Assembly (NCBI RefSeq): GCF_009914755.1 | Contig: NC_060927.1 | From: the human T2T-CHM13v2.0 reference genome, Homo sapiens | Direction: 5' to 3' (one strand) | DNA length: 64,000 nucleotides | In this document: positions 43,471 through 57,680 of the stretch, in pieces | Layout: each line of letters starts with the position of its first letter | How positions within the stretch are numbered: position 1 is the first letter of the stretch | Made by a program: the position numbers and the translations under genes | The notes under the pieces: model-generated | Databases searched by the model: none | Seen by the model: only the letters and a program-made list of their open reading frames with translations | Told to the model about the DNA's origin: nothing

Positions 43471-45569
43471 TGAAGATTTAAAGCCTTTCATGGAGTTAGC
43501 AGTGAAAAAAGAAAAAAACAAATTAAAACATTTTATTTCCTTTCCTCGATAAATTAATTCAAAGGTATACTGACAATATGGCCACTTACTTATCCCTCAG
43601 TTCTCACATATTCGTCTTCCTTCCATAGGTAACTCATTTAAAACCTAGAGTGTTTCAGGTACCAGGAAAACAAGAATAAGCCATTTAAGAGCTGTAAATA
43701 ACTCTTAATTTTCTCGTATAATATGTAGTGAGGGGGCAGTATCTTGTGATGTACATTATACTGTTATTAACTTCTCTAGAACTCTCTATTATGTTCACCT
43801 CCTGAGCTTTTAAATATGTGGTCAGCAGATTTTGCCCACTCCAGATTTATTTATCTGCCATGAAAAGCCACCTATTGCTGAGCCTCTAGGAACTTCTTCA
43901 AAGTGGACACCTAGAAGTGTTGTTTCACCTAGTCATGCACATGACAAATGTTTCTTGGGCAATAAAAATAGATGCCAAGCACTTTGCCAGCTGCTGGCAA
44001 CACAGCAGTGAGTAGGATGGACAAAGTCCCTGCCGTGGTAAAGATTAGGATCTAGCAAAGGTGACTGCAAATAAATAAGAGAAATATACAGATGTCCAAA
44101 GTGATATGGAGGAGGCAGACAGGGTCACTGTGCAACTCTGGAGCTGACTGCCAGACAGTGCAGCTAGACCACAGTGGCTGTATGGAAAACGGGCTCTTGG
44201 TGACCACCACTGCTACAGGAGAAGCCCCTTAATAAACATCAAATGAATGGCTAATGTAGCTGGTATCCTCATTCTCAGGAGGTGAAACCAACCACTGTAG
44301 CACATATTCAGGAATCTTCCAGGATCTTCCTTTCAACAGATCACTTTCCTGGCATCTCTTTGCTAGTCTCAGAAATGGCAATTAGTTCCTCTAACTGTCC
44401 ATCGAATCCTGGCCCTTTCTCTCTCATCCTGAGGTTTAGTTCCAGATGACCCTGTTCCATTCTACCATCTTCAATCTTTTGCTTTCAAAGTGAGCCTTTA
44501 TTCATTTTCAAGTAAGTGGTTTCCCTTCATTTAAGCATATATATTTTTTAAAACCTTATTCTGTTTTATCCCTCTTTGACTTGCCTACTGTTGCCATTAA
44601 ACTTCCAGAGAGAGTCAATCAAAAGAAAAAGACAAGACAGAAAGAAAAGAGTGCATCATGTACTGTCTTATGGGAATAGTGCTGCCCAACCAAATTAAAG
44701 GACATACTCTGTAACCTTTTCATAAAGCCCCAGGCCAGAGAACATACACACATGCACACATACACACAATCTAGGGCCATTAAGGTGGCCTCTCTGAGTA
44801 ACAGAGGAAGGAACAAGTAAGTTTATCTGATTTAGCTGTGGGACTAGGAAGCTTGCCCCACTAGACACATAATCAGGTGCCATGGGCTGGAACAAAGGCA
44901 GAGCAGGGGACGATACTAAGACAGATTCTGTCCCTCAACAGCTCTGAGGCCAATGTTTTGGTCTTTGAAGCCAAGGGATATTATTACAAAATTGGCATAT
45001 TTTAAGCTGTTCTCAATAAAATATCAAGTTTATGCCATCAATATTCATTTCAAATGCCCATTAGCTATGAAAGAATAGCAATTAGCTAAATAACATGTAT
45101 TATTAATATTAATACCATTAAGAACAGACCTTTATGGAGCAGTACAATAAGGACTTTTACACATTATTCTACTGAATCCCCACAATAAGCCTCTCGGGAG
45201 TTGTCATCATTCCCATTTTATAGATGATGAAACTAAAGTTCGAATGAGCTGTATCACATGCCTGCCAGGTGGCTAAGTACCAGCAATGCTACAGAAAAAA
45301 TAGAGATTACCATCTATCATGAAGTGTATGTGTCCACATGCAATACACATGCACACACATACCAAAACACATTCAAAGACACATCATAAACATCCTCTTT
45401 TAAAACATCAGGGAAATATTTTTCTTCATCATAAACAGCTGGAGGAAAAAATTATAAAACAATAAATAATCCTGTTTCCTGGTAATCACAAACACTAGAG
45501 GCAATGAAGCAAGTTCCCAAATGTTTTCTGAAACAAGTCAGACACACCATCCCCCAATGGCTTATATAC

Positions 45570-45659
45570 CTGGCTTTTCAAAGGCCCAACGAAGCCTAGA
45601 TTTTCGGCCATCCGCTGAGCTTGGCTGTCCTTTATTCCTTCAAAAATGTCAATTTGCTC
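45570..45659 (-). CDS. SUCLG2: SUCLG2 coding exon 6 (90 nt, phase 0 to 0): EQIDIFEGIKDSQAQRMAENLGFVGPLKSQ
   Basis: tttttactag|GAGCAA...AGCCAG|gtatat. Not in the ORF track; translated by hand. Confidence 0.95.
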
Positions 45660-46330
45660 CTAGTAAAAATAAATCAAATAAACAAAATTCAGACAGTCAA
45701 CTGAGAAGATTTACAACCTCAAAAGAAAATGCTTAGTATTTATTTGCAAATGAGTAATTAAAGTGTGGCATCTATCCAGAGATCTCTGAGCAGGGCTACC
45801 GCAGATGCCTGTAGGGTATGTTTTAATTAGCAGACCATCTATAAAAAAGCCCTTCCAAAAACTATATAATTCTTCATGGTGGCATGCTGACAAGAAAATC
45901 TGATGCCAGTTTTCACTTTTAATTACTATACAGATGGCATTGATGAATATTTAGTCAGTTAATTTTTTGACATCTTTTGGAAGGTTTCCAAAGTAAGGTT
46001 TTCCTGCCTACTAGTAGTTAAGTTTAAAGCCTGTCATAGATAGGTTAAATATTACCTTATGATTTAAACACTCTATTGATGATAATTATTACTGTTACCT
46101 TAGCTCTACAAAATGATATTGTCTCAAAGACACCGAGCACTGTCACTATACATTATTTCATGCATTCTCTTAACAAATGGAATGGCCTGCTTTAAATAAT
46201 GTGAACTTTGAAAACAGCTAGGTGTTGTTGGTAAGTCTGCATATAAAGTCTCAATTCAGTTTCCAAGGTAATTAACTTATTATATAATATTAGTGAAAAT
46301 ATTTTAAAACCAATCACTGCAGTATGAGTA

Positions 46331-46921
46331 CAGCAGGTCTTCAAATAACGTTACTTCATTCAAGGTCGTTTTGTTATAAGGTTGAGAAAAAAAAAAATCA
46401 ATTCCCAGCCAAGGCCACTGTCTCTGTGTAGTCTACACATTCCCCTCTTGTCTGAGTAGGTTTTCTCTGGGTCCCCCGGTTTTCTCCCACATCCCAAATC
46501 TGTACATGTTAGGTCAACTGGCATGTATACACAGTCCCAGTCTGAGTGGGTGTGGTGTGTAAGTGTGCTCTGCAATGGGATGGTGTCCCATCCAGGGTGG
46601 GTTCTTACCTTGCACCCTGTGCTCCAGCCATCAGAGACCCTAAGCTGGAAAAACTGGATAAACAATTATCTTACTTGTTTTTATGAAATCTTTCTGAAAC
46701 GTATATATAGCTCCTATTTATTTTAATGTGTAACATTAGAAGTGTGCTGGTCTTTATTTAGGAGTTGAGTGATGTTCTGTGAGCAGAAATATGCTATAGG
46801 AACTTAACTCTTGTTTATATCAATTAGCCTATGTATGGTAACATTGGTTTCCTTATACATCGTTTCCATTCAAGTCGCAGTTTCCAAGAACCTGTTGAGG
46901 ATGCTAAGTGGGTGTTTATTG
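46331..46921 (+). mobile_element. MER6A TcMar-Tigger element
   Basis: ta|cagcaggtcttcaaataacgt...gtcgcagtttccaagaacct...g|ta; ~590 bp. Confidence 0.85.
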
Positions 46922-47804
46922 TACATTATTTAGACAAAGAGATTTAAGAAATAAAATCTCCCCTTCTCAAAGGGAAACAAAAAAATCATTTTCTAAAAGA
47001 AATAATGAATGTTTCTGGTGGAAAATTTTAATGTAATTTTGACCCCAAGAACCCAGATTAAAAACTTCAATTTTAGTTCTGAAAACTTATGTTTTTCTCC
47101 TCATAGCTGACGTAGGTTAAGAAGCACTTTATACACATCACCTCATTTAATCCTTATAATCTCACATGGTAGAAATCACCCCATGTTCATTTTACTGATT
47201 TAAAAATGAGGTTTGGAGACTTTGAGAAACTTGTGCTCTGATTAAATTTGACCTCAGATCTCTGACTTGAAACTAATCTTAATATCAATAAATGAGTCAA
47301 GATTTCAAGGATTGAAAAAAACTGATAGAATCTAGACTTCATAAAGATTCTAGTTTACATCAAGAGTACTGAGAGAACTCAAGACAGTTTCTAGTTCACA
47401 TCTGCTAAAAGAGAATTCATTCATCTCCTAGGAGAGAATTTCCGGATCATATATAATATTAAATGAAAGAGAGTTAACCATAAGAAATGAAAATATAGCA
47501 GTCCTCTCCCATTGGTTAATTCTTGAGGAAGATTGGATGGAAAGGAATCAGGGAGGAAGAAAAGGCAGGAAGAAGTAAAGAAGGAAGGGTGGGAAAAGCA
47601 AAGATAAAAAGTCCTTGAACACTGAATACCTTGATTCCACCCAACTTTCAACTGGATACCCAGAAAGAAAAAGGGCTCAGCATCTTCTTACCTTAAATTG
47701 TAGAGACAGATTTAGTGCTCCTGGCCTTAGACTCCCCATTAAATATTTAACAGCTTCTACAATAACAATCAATTAATAGCAGGTAGCCCGGAATTTAAAC
47801 ATAC

Positions 47805-47957
47805 CTTAAAAATGAGCTCCGGGTTTGAAGCAGCCACCTCTTCAATGTCGACGCCCCCCTGGGGGCTGCCCACCAGCACGGGGCCATTGCAGGACCGGTC
47901 CATCAGAATTGCCAGGTAGGTTTCTCTGGAAATATCCAAGGCTTCAGCAACCATCAC
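47805..47957 (-). CDS. SUCLG2: SUCLG2 coding exon 5 (153 nt, phase 0 to 0): VMVAEALDISRETYLAILMDRSCNGPVLVGSPQGGVDIEEVAASNPELIFK
   Basis: gtggtag|GTGATG...TTTAAG|gtatgt. Contains the GGVDIEEVA motif of SCS-beta; in frame with neighbouring exons. Confidence 0.97.
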
Positions 47958-48927
47958 CTACCACATTAGTGGGAAAGTCAAATTAATTCAGCATTAAGCT
48001 GATTTCTACTTGGAAATCTATACAAACTTGCTACACGAATCAAATGGCTTCATTTTCAGGCTCTTACAGCCCAGGGAGTGAGTTTGCAGAGCTTTGAGAG
48101 TTCTGCTCTCATGGTGCACACAATGCCCATTTTCACCTCCTTAATTTTGATCCCATTAACTTGTTCGAGTGACAGGTATTTCGTTTGCCTCAAGGAACCT
48201 TCCCACTTTAATCTTCTTTTTTGTCCTTCCTCAAGAAACTGTGTCACTTAAGAAATACCCTAGAGAAGTGGCTGTTATTTTAATTTGAGATATTAACAGT
48301 ACACATATATATTACTACACTGACTTTTCTCAGATTTCACTGGTGGAAAACCAAGCATGATTGCCACAGACGGATTCTTTTACAGTATGTCTGATGCTTC
48401 ATATGTTTGTGTATTTCTGTCTCTTCGATCACTATATTTTACTTCATTTTATACTTCCTTTTAATTTATAAAAAGAATATTTGCTTGTTCAAAAATAATG
48501 CAAACGATACCAAAAATATATAAATGAGAAAGTGAAAGCAGCTTCCTGCTGCACAGCTCTACCTCAAATAAACCCTCGGGCCCCAGGAGTCAGGGCAGAT
48601 ACGAGCCTACCAGGAACCTCCGTGATAACTAGAAAAAGGCACCCCTTCCTCTGGGAATATGTGGTCATTTGCCAGGGCCATGACTAGACAGGGGACAAGT
48701 GGGATGGAAGAATGTCATTCAATTCCACAAGTGAGTGGGGACTCACTGCCTCAGCCAGGTGTCCTTTTGCTCTGTAGGACTTGAATTTCATGTAACAGCC
48801 CCACCAGGAAAAACCACTGCTGACATTCTAGTCCTTTTCTATGTATCTGCAAGCATTGCAGTAATGGAATAATCCTACATGTGGAAGCACATTATATACA
48901 ACAGGATGCCTTTCTTTTTTTTAATCT

Positions 48928-49241
48928 TTTTTTTTTTTTAAAAAAGACAGAGTCTCACTCTGTCACTGAGGCTGTAGTGCAGTGGCACGATCTCAGCTCC
49001 CTACAACCTCTGCCTCCCTGCAACCTCTGCCTCCCATGTTCAAGCAATTCTCATGCTTCAGCCTCCCGAGTAGCTGGGCTTACAGGTGCCTGCCACCATG
49101 CTTGGCTAATTTTTGTATTTTTAGTAGAGATGGGGATTCACCATGTTGGCCAGGCTGGTCTTGAACTGCTGACTTCAAGTATCTACCTGCCTCAGCCTAC
49201 CAAACTGCTGGGATTACAGAGGTAAGCCACCACGCCTGGCC
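48928..49241 (-). mobile_element. AluS with an internal 17-bp tandem duplication
   Basis: ctacaacctctgcctcc ctgcaacctctgcctcc at 49001-49034. Confidence 0.9.
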
Positions 49242-49350
49242 TCTTTTTTAAAATCTTAATACTACAACTTAAATATCTTTCTAAGGTCTTCTCTCTTCAT
49301 TGTGATTACATGGTATTTATATGACAATATTTATTTAACCATGTTCCTGC

Positions 49351-49671
49351 ATTTATTTATTTATTTATTTATCTATTTATTTATTTGTTTATTCATTTTG
49401 AGATGGTCTTGCTGTGTTGCTCTCAGGCTGGAGTGCAATGGCACAATCGTGGCTCACTGCAGCCTTGACCTCCCAGGTTCAAACGAATCTCCTGAGTAGC
49501 TGAAACTACAGGCACGTGCCTCCATAGCCACTTAATTTTTGCTTTATTTTTTGTAGAGATGGGGTCTTGCTATGTTGCCCAGGCTGATCTCAAACTCCTG
49601 GACTCAAGCAATACACTCGCCTAAGATTCCCAAAGTGTTGGGATTACAGGCATGAGTCATGGTGCCTGGCC
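49351..49671 (-). mobile_element. AluJ with (TTTA)n tail
   Basis: J-type segments gcagccttgacctcc and tgttgcccaggctgatctcaaactcctggactcaagc. Confidence 0.88.
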
Positions 49672-49939
49672 TGCTGACAGACATTTACATGAACTTCAAT
49701 TTTCCTAAAATGCTACTTTAGTGAGTATTTTTGTACATGTATCTTTGTTCATTTCTTTTAGTATCCCTGTAGATAAGTATCCTAAAAGTGAAATGTCTAG
49801 GTTTTAAACTGTGAATATTTAAAATGTTGATAAGTACTGTCAAAGTGCTTGAGAGAGGTTGTTCCAACTTACGCACCTAACAAGAACAGTGAAAGATATC
49901 TTGGATGTTTAAAGAATATAAAAACAATCCCATAAATAA

Positions 49940-50413
<474 letters not shown>

Positions 50414-53295
50414 ACATTGCTTTTTTTACAAGTAGTTTAGTGATGGGTTCCACAAAAAAAAGTTACAGATTAAGTAGCATTAGATTTTAACTACTCAGAT
50501 ACCACAAAAACACTTAAGTTTTAGGTCACATGAAATGGGATAAATATATAATGATCTAAAAAGCTATAATGGAATGAATATAGAACTCCTCTTTTTCAAA
50601 CTTTTGTTGAATTTACCATTAGTTAAAAATAAAATACATAGGTCTTCATATTGATTTATCAGAAATGGAAGTTCATAAGTATATAAAAACTGTTTCTCAG
50701 CACATGGTGTTAGAATTAGCACAGAACCATTCTGATTTCAAGTTGGTTGTTCTCACCAACAATGAAGGTCAAACCATCAGTCAGTGCCTAATTCTCCCAG
50801 TCTTCAGGTTGCTTGAAACCGTAAATTCTTTCAGAATTTCTGATTGAGGGGTAGGACAATATTTGAAGCAAAAATACTTAGCCCTATTCTTTCCTTATAA
50901 AATACAGTAACAACTTGTCGTTTATAGAAATAACATAAAGTCTGCCTTTCTAAGCATCAACATTAATACAAACATTTTAAGAAATTAAGATAATCATTTC
51001 TTCTAAAACTTTCTCTAGAAGAGAAAGCTGTTTTAAGAAATTTGATTGGCACAAAATACAAAATGAGGAGTGTGTTTGGTATATGCTTTCAGGTCTACTG
51101 GCATAATACTGTTCATTTTCTAATGCAGAGTTAGTTTAGAGAATAATACTTAATGACTTTCAGTAGTTATTCTTAGAGGCAACACAAAATTATAACTTTT
51201 TAGGATAAGTGTCATTCAAGAGTCCTATTCTTAATCTTCAAAAATGTTGACAGACGTGCTCTGTATTCCACCAAATTTCTATTTGTGAAGCCCAGCTACT
51301 GTCTGAAACAGCTCTTGCTTCACAGGAATAATGCATGACTCTTTAAGAAAATGTCACCAGGAAAATGATAATTATCAAGAGATAATTCAAGAAATTTTAT
51401 ACAACAAAGACCAGTTTGTTGACATCGTCATGCCTTCCAAATGACCGAGGATGACAGAGTATATTAGGAAGTGTTACAGAGAAATCTAAATGGAATCCAC
51501 AAACACTCATCCCGGAGCAACTCCATTAGAAACATTTCAAAAGAGCTTCACCTGTGAGTTACACAAAGAATATGTTGACACATCGTCTTTGTGGAGTCCA
51601 CCAGTATAGAAAGCTTTTTAACTTTCTTTGACCTATCTACTGCTGAATCTGTTTCCTTAAAAATATCATGCTACTGGAATTGTGGTCAGGAGATGAGTGC
51701 TAGCGTACAAACTATTTGTAACACACCCATGAACAGAGAAGATTAAAAGTACATTCTCGAATTTTAAATTGATTACAGAGCAGTAACCACTATTGGTACT
51801 GAATCCTGGACCGCATGATGAGTAGCACTGTCTCACAGGCCCTAGTACTAGCCCCAGGAATACATAACACATTGGCACAGACTTAGAAAACAAATATCTG
51901 ATGTGTATAAATGTGTGTATGTGTTTAAATAGCTTCTGAAATAAATTTAGAATCAAAAGGTTCTATAATCTGGGGACTTATACTTTTGAGAAGATGGAGT
52001 AGACATGTTTTTCCCTATTCTTCCCGCTAAGTACAAATAAAAGCCTTGGACATATATATACATAAAACTTAAGGTGACTCTGAAAGTTATAGAGAAGAAG
52101 GGAGACTAGCTAGGGAGCTTGAGGTCCAAGGAAGCGTATGGTAGTGAGTCTCCTATGTTTTCTTTGGCCTCATAAATCTCAGGCAGGGTGCTGGGTGCTA
52201 GAGAAGCCAGCAACCCAAAAACATTAACAGGCACAGACAAATAAATCTCCAGGCTCACATGGTTTCACTAGGGAACTTCACCAAGCATTTAAAAAGAAAT
52301 CAACACCAATTAACAATGAGCATGTTGGACACTGAAATTAAGAATCCAATGCCACTTGTAATTGCTTTAAAAGAGAACAATGTATGTGTAAGACTGACAA
52401 AACATATACCAAACGTATATGCTGAAAACAATACAATGCTGATGAAATAAATCAAAGGAGACCTAAAAGAAGGAGAGACATATCATACTCATGGGTTGCA
52501 AGGCTTAACATAACAAAAAACCAATTCCCTCCAAATTCATATACAGGTTTAATAAGATTCCTATCAAAATCTTAGCAAGATTTTTTCGTAAAGATAAAAT
52601 TGTTCTAGATTGTACATAAAAAGGTATAGGAACTAGAACAGGTAAAACTGTTTTGGAAAAGAAGAATAAAGTGACAAGAGTTATTCTACTCAATTTCAGA
52701 ATTTATATAAATACAGTAATTAAGACTCTGTGATATTGGTGGCGGGACAGCCACAAAGATCAATGGAACAAAACAGAGAACCCCAAAACAGACCCAAAGA
52801 AATATGCCCAGCTGAATTTTGACAAAGATGTAAAAGCAATTCAATGGAGAAAAGATAAGCCTTTTCAAAAAATGGTGCAGGAGTAATTGAATATCATAGC
52901 CCTTTTGCCCCTTAAAAAATAACCTTGACCTAAGTCTCACAACTTATTCAAAAGTCAACTCAAAATGGATCACAAACCTAAATATAAAACATAAAACTAT
53001 AAAACATCTAGAAAAAAACATGAGAAAATTTTTATTATGTAGGGCAACGTAAAGAGGACTTAGACCTGATACTAAAAAGGTATAATCCATAAAGGAAATA
53101 TTGACGTATTGGACTTCATCAAAATTAAACACTTTTGCCCTGCAAATGACCCTGTTGAAAAAATGAATATATACGTTATATAGTGTAACAGATAATACTT
53201 ACAAAGCACATATCCAACAGTGGACTAGTACCTAGAATAACTCAAAACTCAATAGTAAAAACATAATCTAATTAGAAAATGGCCAAAAGAAATTT

Positions 53296-53864
53296 GCTTT
53301 GTCTCTTCATGCTGCTGTTACAAAATACCTGAGATTTGGTCATTTATAAAGGACAAAAATATATTGTTTCACAGTTCTGGAGGCTGGGAAGTCCAAGATC
53401 AGTGCACCGCCATTTAGTGATATGGCCTTTCTTGCTTCATCCTCACATGGCAGAAAGTGGAAATGCAAAACAGGTCTAAGCTAGTTCCCTTCAGCCCTTT
53501 TATAAAGCACTACCAGGGATGTCCAATATTTTGGCTTCCCTGGGCCACAATGGCATAAGAAGGATTGTCTTGGGCCGCACATAAAATACACTAACACTAA
53601 CAATAGCTGAGCTAAGAAACTAAAATTGCAAAAAAAATCTCATAATGTTTAGAAAGGTTACAAATTTGTCTTGGGCCACTTTCAAAGCCATCCTGGGATG
53701 CCTGTGGCCTGTGGGCCGTGGGTTGGACAAGCCTGCACTAATCCATTCATGAGGGCAGAGCCTTCATGACTAATCACTTCCCAAAAGGCTCTGCCTCTTA
53801 ATGCAAACCACAATGGGGATTAAATTTCAACATGCATTTTGGAGGGAGCATTCAGACCATAGCA
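53296..53864 (-). mobile_element. MaLR LTR (MST/MLT1A group) inside the L1
   Basis: cacagttctggaggctgggaagtccaagatc...tttcaacatgcattttggagg...cattcagaccatagca. Confidence 0.82.
53514..53735 (+). mobile_element. MER30 hAT-Charlie MITE inside the MaLR LTR
   Basis: cagggatgtccaat..ttttggcttccctgggccaca...gggttggacaagcctg; flanking cacta duplication. Confidence 0.85.
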
Positions 53865-54658
53865 TCCATGAACAGACAATTCACCAACCACAATCTACAG
53901 ATGGCAAATAAGCACATGAAAAGATGTTCAACATCTTTAGCCATTAGGGAAATGCAAATTAAAATCACAATGAAATATCACTACACACCCATAAGAATGG
54001 CTAAAATAATACCACCACCACCAAATGCGGGCTAGAATGTGGAGAACCCTGACCACTTACACATTGCTGATGGCAATGTAAAATGGAACAGCCATGCTGG
54101 AAAACATTCATCAGTTTCTTAAAAAAACTAATTATACAACTTCCACATAACCCAACAATTATCCCCCAAAATGAAGATTTATATTTATACCAAAAACCTG
54201 TTCATGAATGTCTAGAGTGGCTTTATTTGTAATAGCCAAAAACGAACCAACCCAGATGTCTTTCAACAGATGATGGTTAAACAAACTGTGGTAGGTACAT
54301 CCATATCATAGATTGCTACATAGCAAGAAAAAGGACTGTAACGGGATTATTACACATTGTATGCCTATATCAAAACATCTCATGTACCTTATAAATATAT
54401 ACACCTACTATGTACCCACAAAAATTAACAAAAGAAAATGGAACTAAATACTGATAAATACAACAACTTAAGAGTTTTCCACAAAACTCTCCCTGAAAAG
54501 TAAAAACAGGATGTCACCACTGCAGTGTCCTGCAGCATGGTGCATTGGTAGAGACCACTGATCTGTGATGCTATGTCAACAGAGCAGACAGCTGCCACCC
54601 CAAAATGCAGGACCCTAATTCGCTGTTAGGACAGGATCTTCTAACCATGGATGCTTTT

Positions 54659-54790
54659 CAGGGCTGACACATGTGATCTGTGTAGTTGTAAAGGGATTTA
54701 ATGTTTAGCTATAGCTGTCTTGAAATTTTAACACGGGTCCCTGCCTTTTTATTTGGCACTGGATTCTGCAACCCAGGTAGCTAGTTCTAG
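54659..54790 (+). mobile_element. MER45A-like hAT relic
   Basis: cagggctg...gtcttgaaatt...gcactggattctgcaa...gtagctagttct. Confidence 0.55.
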
Positions 54791-55458
54791 TGTCTGGATA
54801 CACAAAAGGGATGGTGAAAGGTAGATTGGCAGGAGGGAGAGTTAGGTTCTGGTCTCAGCTCTACCACTCACAATTTCATGACTGAGGCAGGCCACTTTCC
54901 TCTGGGCTTTATTTTCTATGTGTGGATGAGGGGTGTGTGTCCACATGCTATACATACTTGGGTACTTCAGCTGACCTTCCTAATGCAATATACCCCCAGC
55001 AATAAAAATGGCTCAAAATTACAGTCATCCTAAAATAAGGAATGGGGCATTTAGAAAAACAACCACAATAGGTAATTCTGACAGACACGCCTGGGGTTGA
55101 GGGCCACTGTGTGGGAGCAGCGAATGTCCCTCACTGAGTATAAGGCTGTCACAGCAAGCGCTTCTCAACTAAATAGAATGCATCTGTGTTCTCAGAGGGA
55201 AAGCCATTGCTCGGTCACTCACCCTCACCCACTTTTTGCTAAATGCTAATGATAATAAATAATATTACTATCATAGAGCCCTTTTTATTTCTCCTCCAAG
55301 ACATACTACTTACTAAACAGATTAGATGAGCTTTAAAAAATAAAATGGCACACTGCCAAAGAGCAGTACTTCATTAGATTCTGTCAAAAACTGAAGGATG
55401 GTTTTCTTTTCTATTTTTTAACACATATATAGAAAATGACCCAAAGTATCCATATTAC

Positions 55459-55549
55459 CTTGTTAACTTTCACACCTTCTTTTGGAGTTTGTTTTGTCGC
55501 TAGATTGTACCCAATCATCTGTTTAGCCAGCTGTCCCACAACATTAGGG
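55459..55549 (-). CDS. SUCLG2: SUCLG2 coding exon 4 (91 nt, phase 2 to 0): (D)PNVVGQLAKQMIGYNLATKQTPKEGVKVNK
   Basis: Minus strand ctttctcttag|CCCTAAT...AACAAG|gtaata. The peptide matches succinyl-CoA ligase beta (ATP-grasp region). Exon numbering is from knowledge of the gene. Confidence 0.96.
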
Positions 55550-57474
55550 CTAAGAGAAAGAGAAAACAAGCAGAAAATGAATGTTTGTTGAAAATCATTT
55601 AAATGAGAGTCCTTACACAGAGCCTCATGTCTACACTGCAAAGGGTTCACCTTCACCCTCACAAAATCCATGAGTCTTTCTGCTTATGTGCTGCGTGTTT
55701 AGCACTGTACTAGAGGCTCACTGAGAGCAAAATAAAAGTGAGTTCATGAATGAATAAATGAAACAAAAGATGCTTTGTGACCTCTTCACCCAAAAAAGTT
55801 ACAGTCATAGTAAAGAGAGAATGCTGAAATGCACACCAGATTCAGATAAGGGTTGACTGAAGATCCGACAGTGGAAAACTGGGGAGATATTGAACAATGA
55901 GAGGGAAAGGAAGAGGGTAAAGATCAAAGTAAATAGTAAAAAGGTGTGTGACAGGAACAGGGAGGAGAGGAAAGTGTTCAGTGCTAGGAGATGCAGGAGA
56001 TGAAGTTGAAAAGACAGGCTCAAATAAAGGAAGGCTTGGACTATCAGAGGGGAGGTACCCCAGATGCCACTGGTAATGGGGAGTCCCTTCAGGTCCTTGA
56101 ATAGAGGAGTGACATTATGGAAGTAGCATTTCAGTTGGAAGTGGTATCATTTCCAACATTTATGATGAATCATTGATTGTTTAGGACAGAAGGACTGTCA
56201 AGTTTTCACCAATTAGTAAGAAAAATCATTTTGTGGGGGCAGAAGGAAAACTAGGGCACTGCCAGAGCCCTCTACCTATGATTTCAGTTTCTTCTAGTTG
56301 CTTTGGCCCGCTCCTACCCCACCACAACCAACCTCAGTGTGCCTTTCAATCTTGAGCAAGATCTTCCATAACTGCTTGGCCAAAAGACAAGGAATAACAA
56401 CCTCCAGACTTACTCTTTTGTTAAATGAACACCTCCTTTCAAACCACTATTGAAGACACCTTTTCCTCTTCCTCCAGCTAAGATCTGGGCTTTTAAAACA
56501 ATTTCTTTTGCATCTGAAAAAGAAAAATCCAGAGTTGGTAGCTGATTTTAAATTCTTTTTTTGTTTTTTAAGCAATAAGGAAAGCAATAATGGCACATAA
56601 CTTCCAAGTAACTGGTAAAAGCTCTCTCAAACTAACTTTGAAAATAAATGCAATGAAGAACTTCAAAAAAACATCTATGAGCCTAAATACAAAGCTTGTT
56701 TACTGAGGATATTCAAATGCTTCCTACCAGTTTAATCATCTAATACTTGACCTTCCCAAGGGAAAGCAAGACATGTGTTCCCTTGCTCTTTTGAGTGTGT
56801 CAGAAGAAGCTAAATAAATCCTGGAAGGAGGTATTAATTTTACTGTGTAATGGCACTCCCATGTGGCAGAGGCACCAGTTGGCCAGTAAGAGGAGCTAAC
56901 CATCAGAGATGTCAAAGGGAAGACTGGATTATGCGGGGGAAGGTTTAAAGACAAGACACAAAGGTCATAGTTAATAACTGCATTATTGGAAACCAACAGT
57001 TTTCTGAGCAGTTGTTCTATATACTGATAGGGTTGGGAAAGGGAGGAGGAAATGGATTAAAACTAAAAGCAAGCAATATTTTAAAATCATTGGCAAGGTA
57101 ACAAAATATCCTGGGGGAAAGTGGTTGTGGAATCTTTGTTTCTCATCACACTCCACGAATGAAAGAACTCTCTAATCTTGACTTTTTAGACGAGAGTTAT
57201 TAACACAAATATCTTCCCTTGCAGGGAAGTTGGGTGCATGAAGTAGCCCAGTGACAAATGGGGCCTTTAGCAAACAGGGTAGCTCCCCTCCCCAACCACC
57301 AAAACAAAACAAAACAACAACAAACAAAAAACTGCCTCCAAATCAAATATGTTTAATAAACCAAATAGCACACAACTGCAGACCACAGCTGATATCCTCT
57401 GTTTGTGAGTCATCTTTATTTAAAATCACAGAACCCAGCTGATCCCCTATAAGGCCATGAGAGTATTCTGGTTC

Positions 57475-57680
57475 AGTATACCAGATTTAGAATCTGCAAA
57501 CCCAGGTTTCAATCTGGCCTTCATCCCTCACCCAGCTGTGTGACATTAGGCAAGTTACTTAATGTCTCTGAAACTCGGTTTATTCAACTGTGAAATGATG
57601 ACAAGGGTTGTTTTAAAAATTAAATGAACACACATGAATGCTTTATCCCAGAGCCTGAAAACTTGTGATTAATTAAAAAC
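57475..57680 (+). mobile_element. MIR SINE (other MIRs at ~29730-29900, 45100-45280, 47100-47270 and 58255-58460)
   Basis: agctgtgtgacattaggcaagttacttaatgtctctgaaactcggttt. Confidence 0.78.

Larger units (their letters stand above)
51972..54470 (+). mobile_element. Old L1 (L1M) relic: ORF2 3' part and 3' UTR, with nested insertions
   Basis: Decayed ORF2 signatures (caaaatggatcacaaacctaaatataaa; ORF peptide [21 protein letters not shown]). Confidence 0.85.

Noticed and set aside
47848-47870. CTCF-like motif / GC palindrome in exon 5
   Set aside because: Imperfect match, and fully explained by the SPQGGVD codons.
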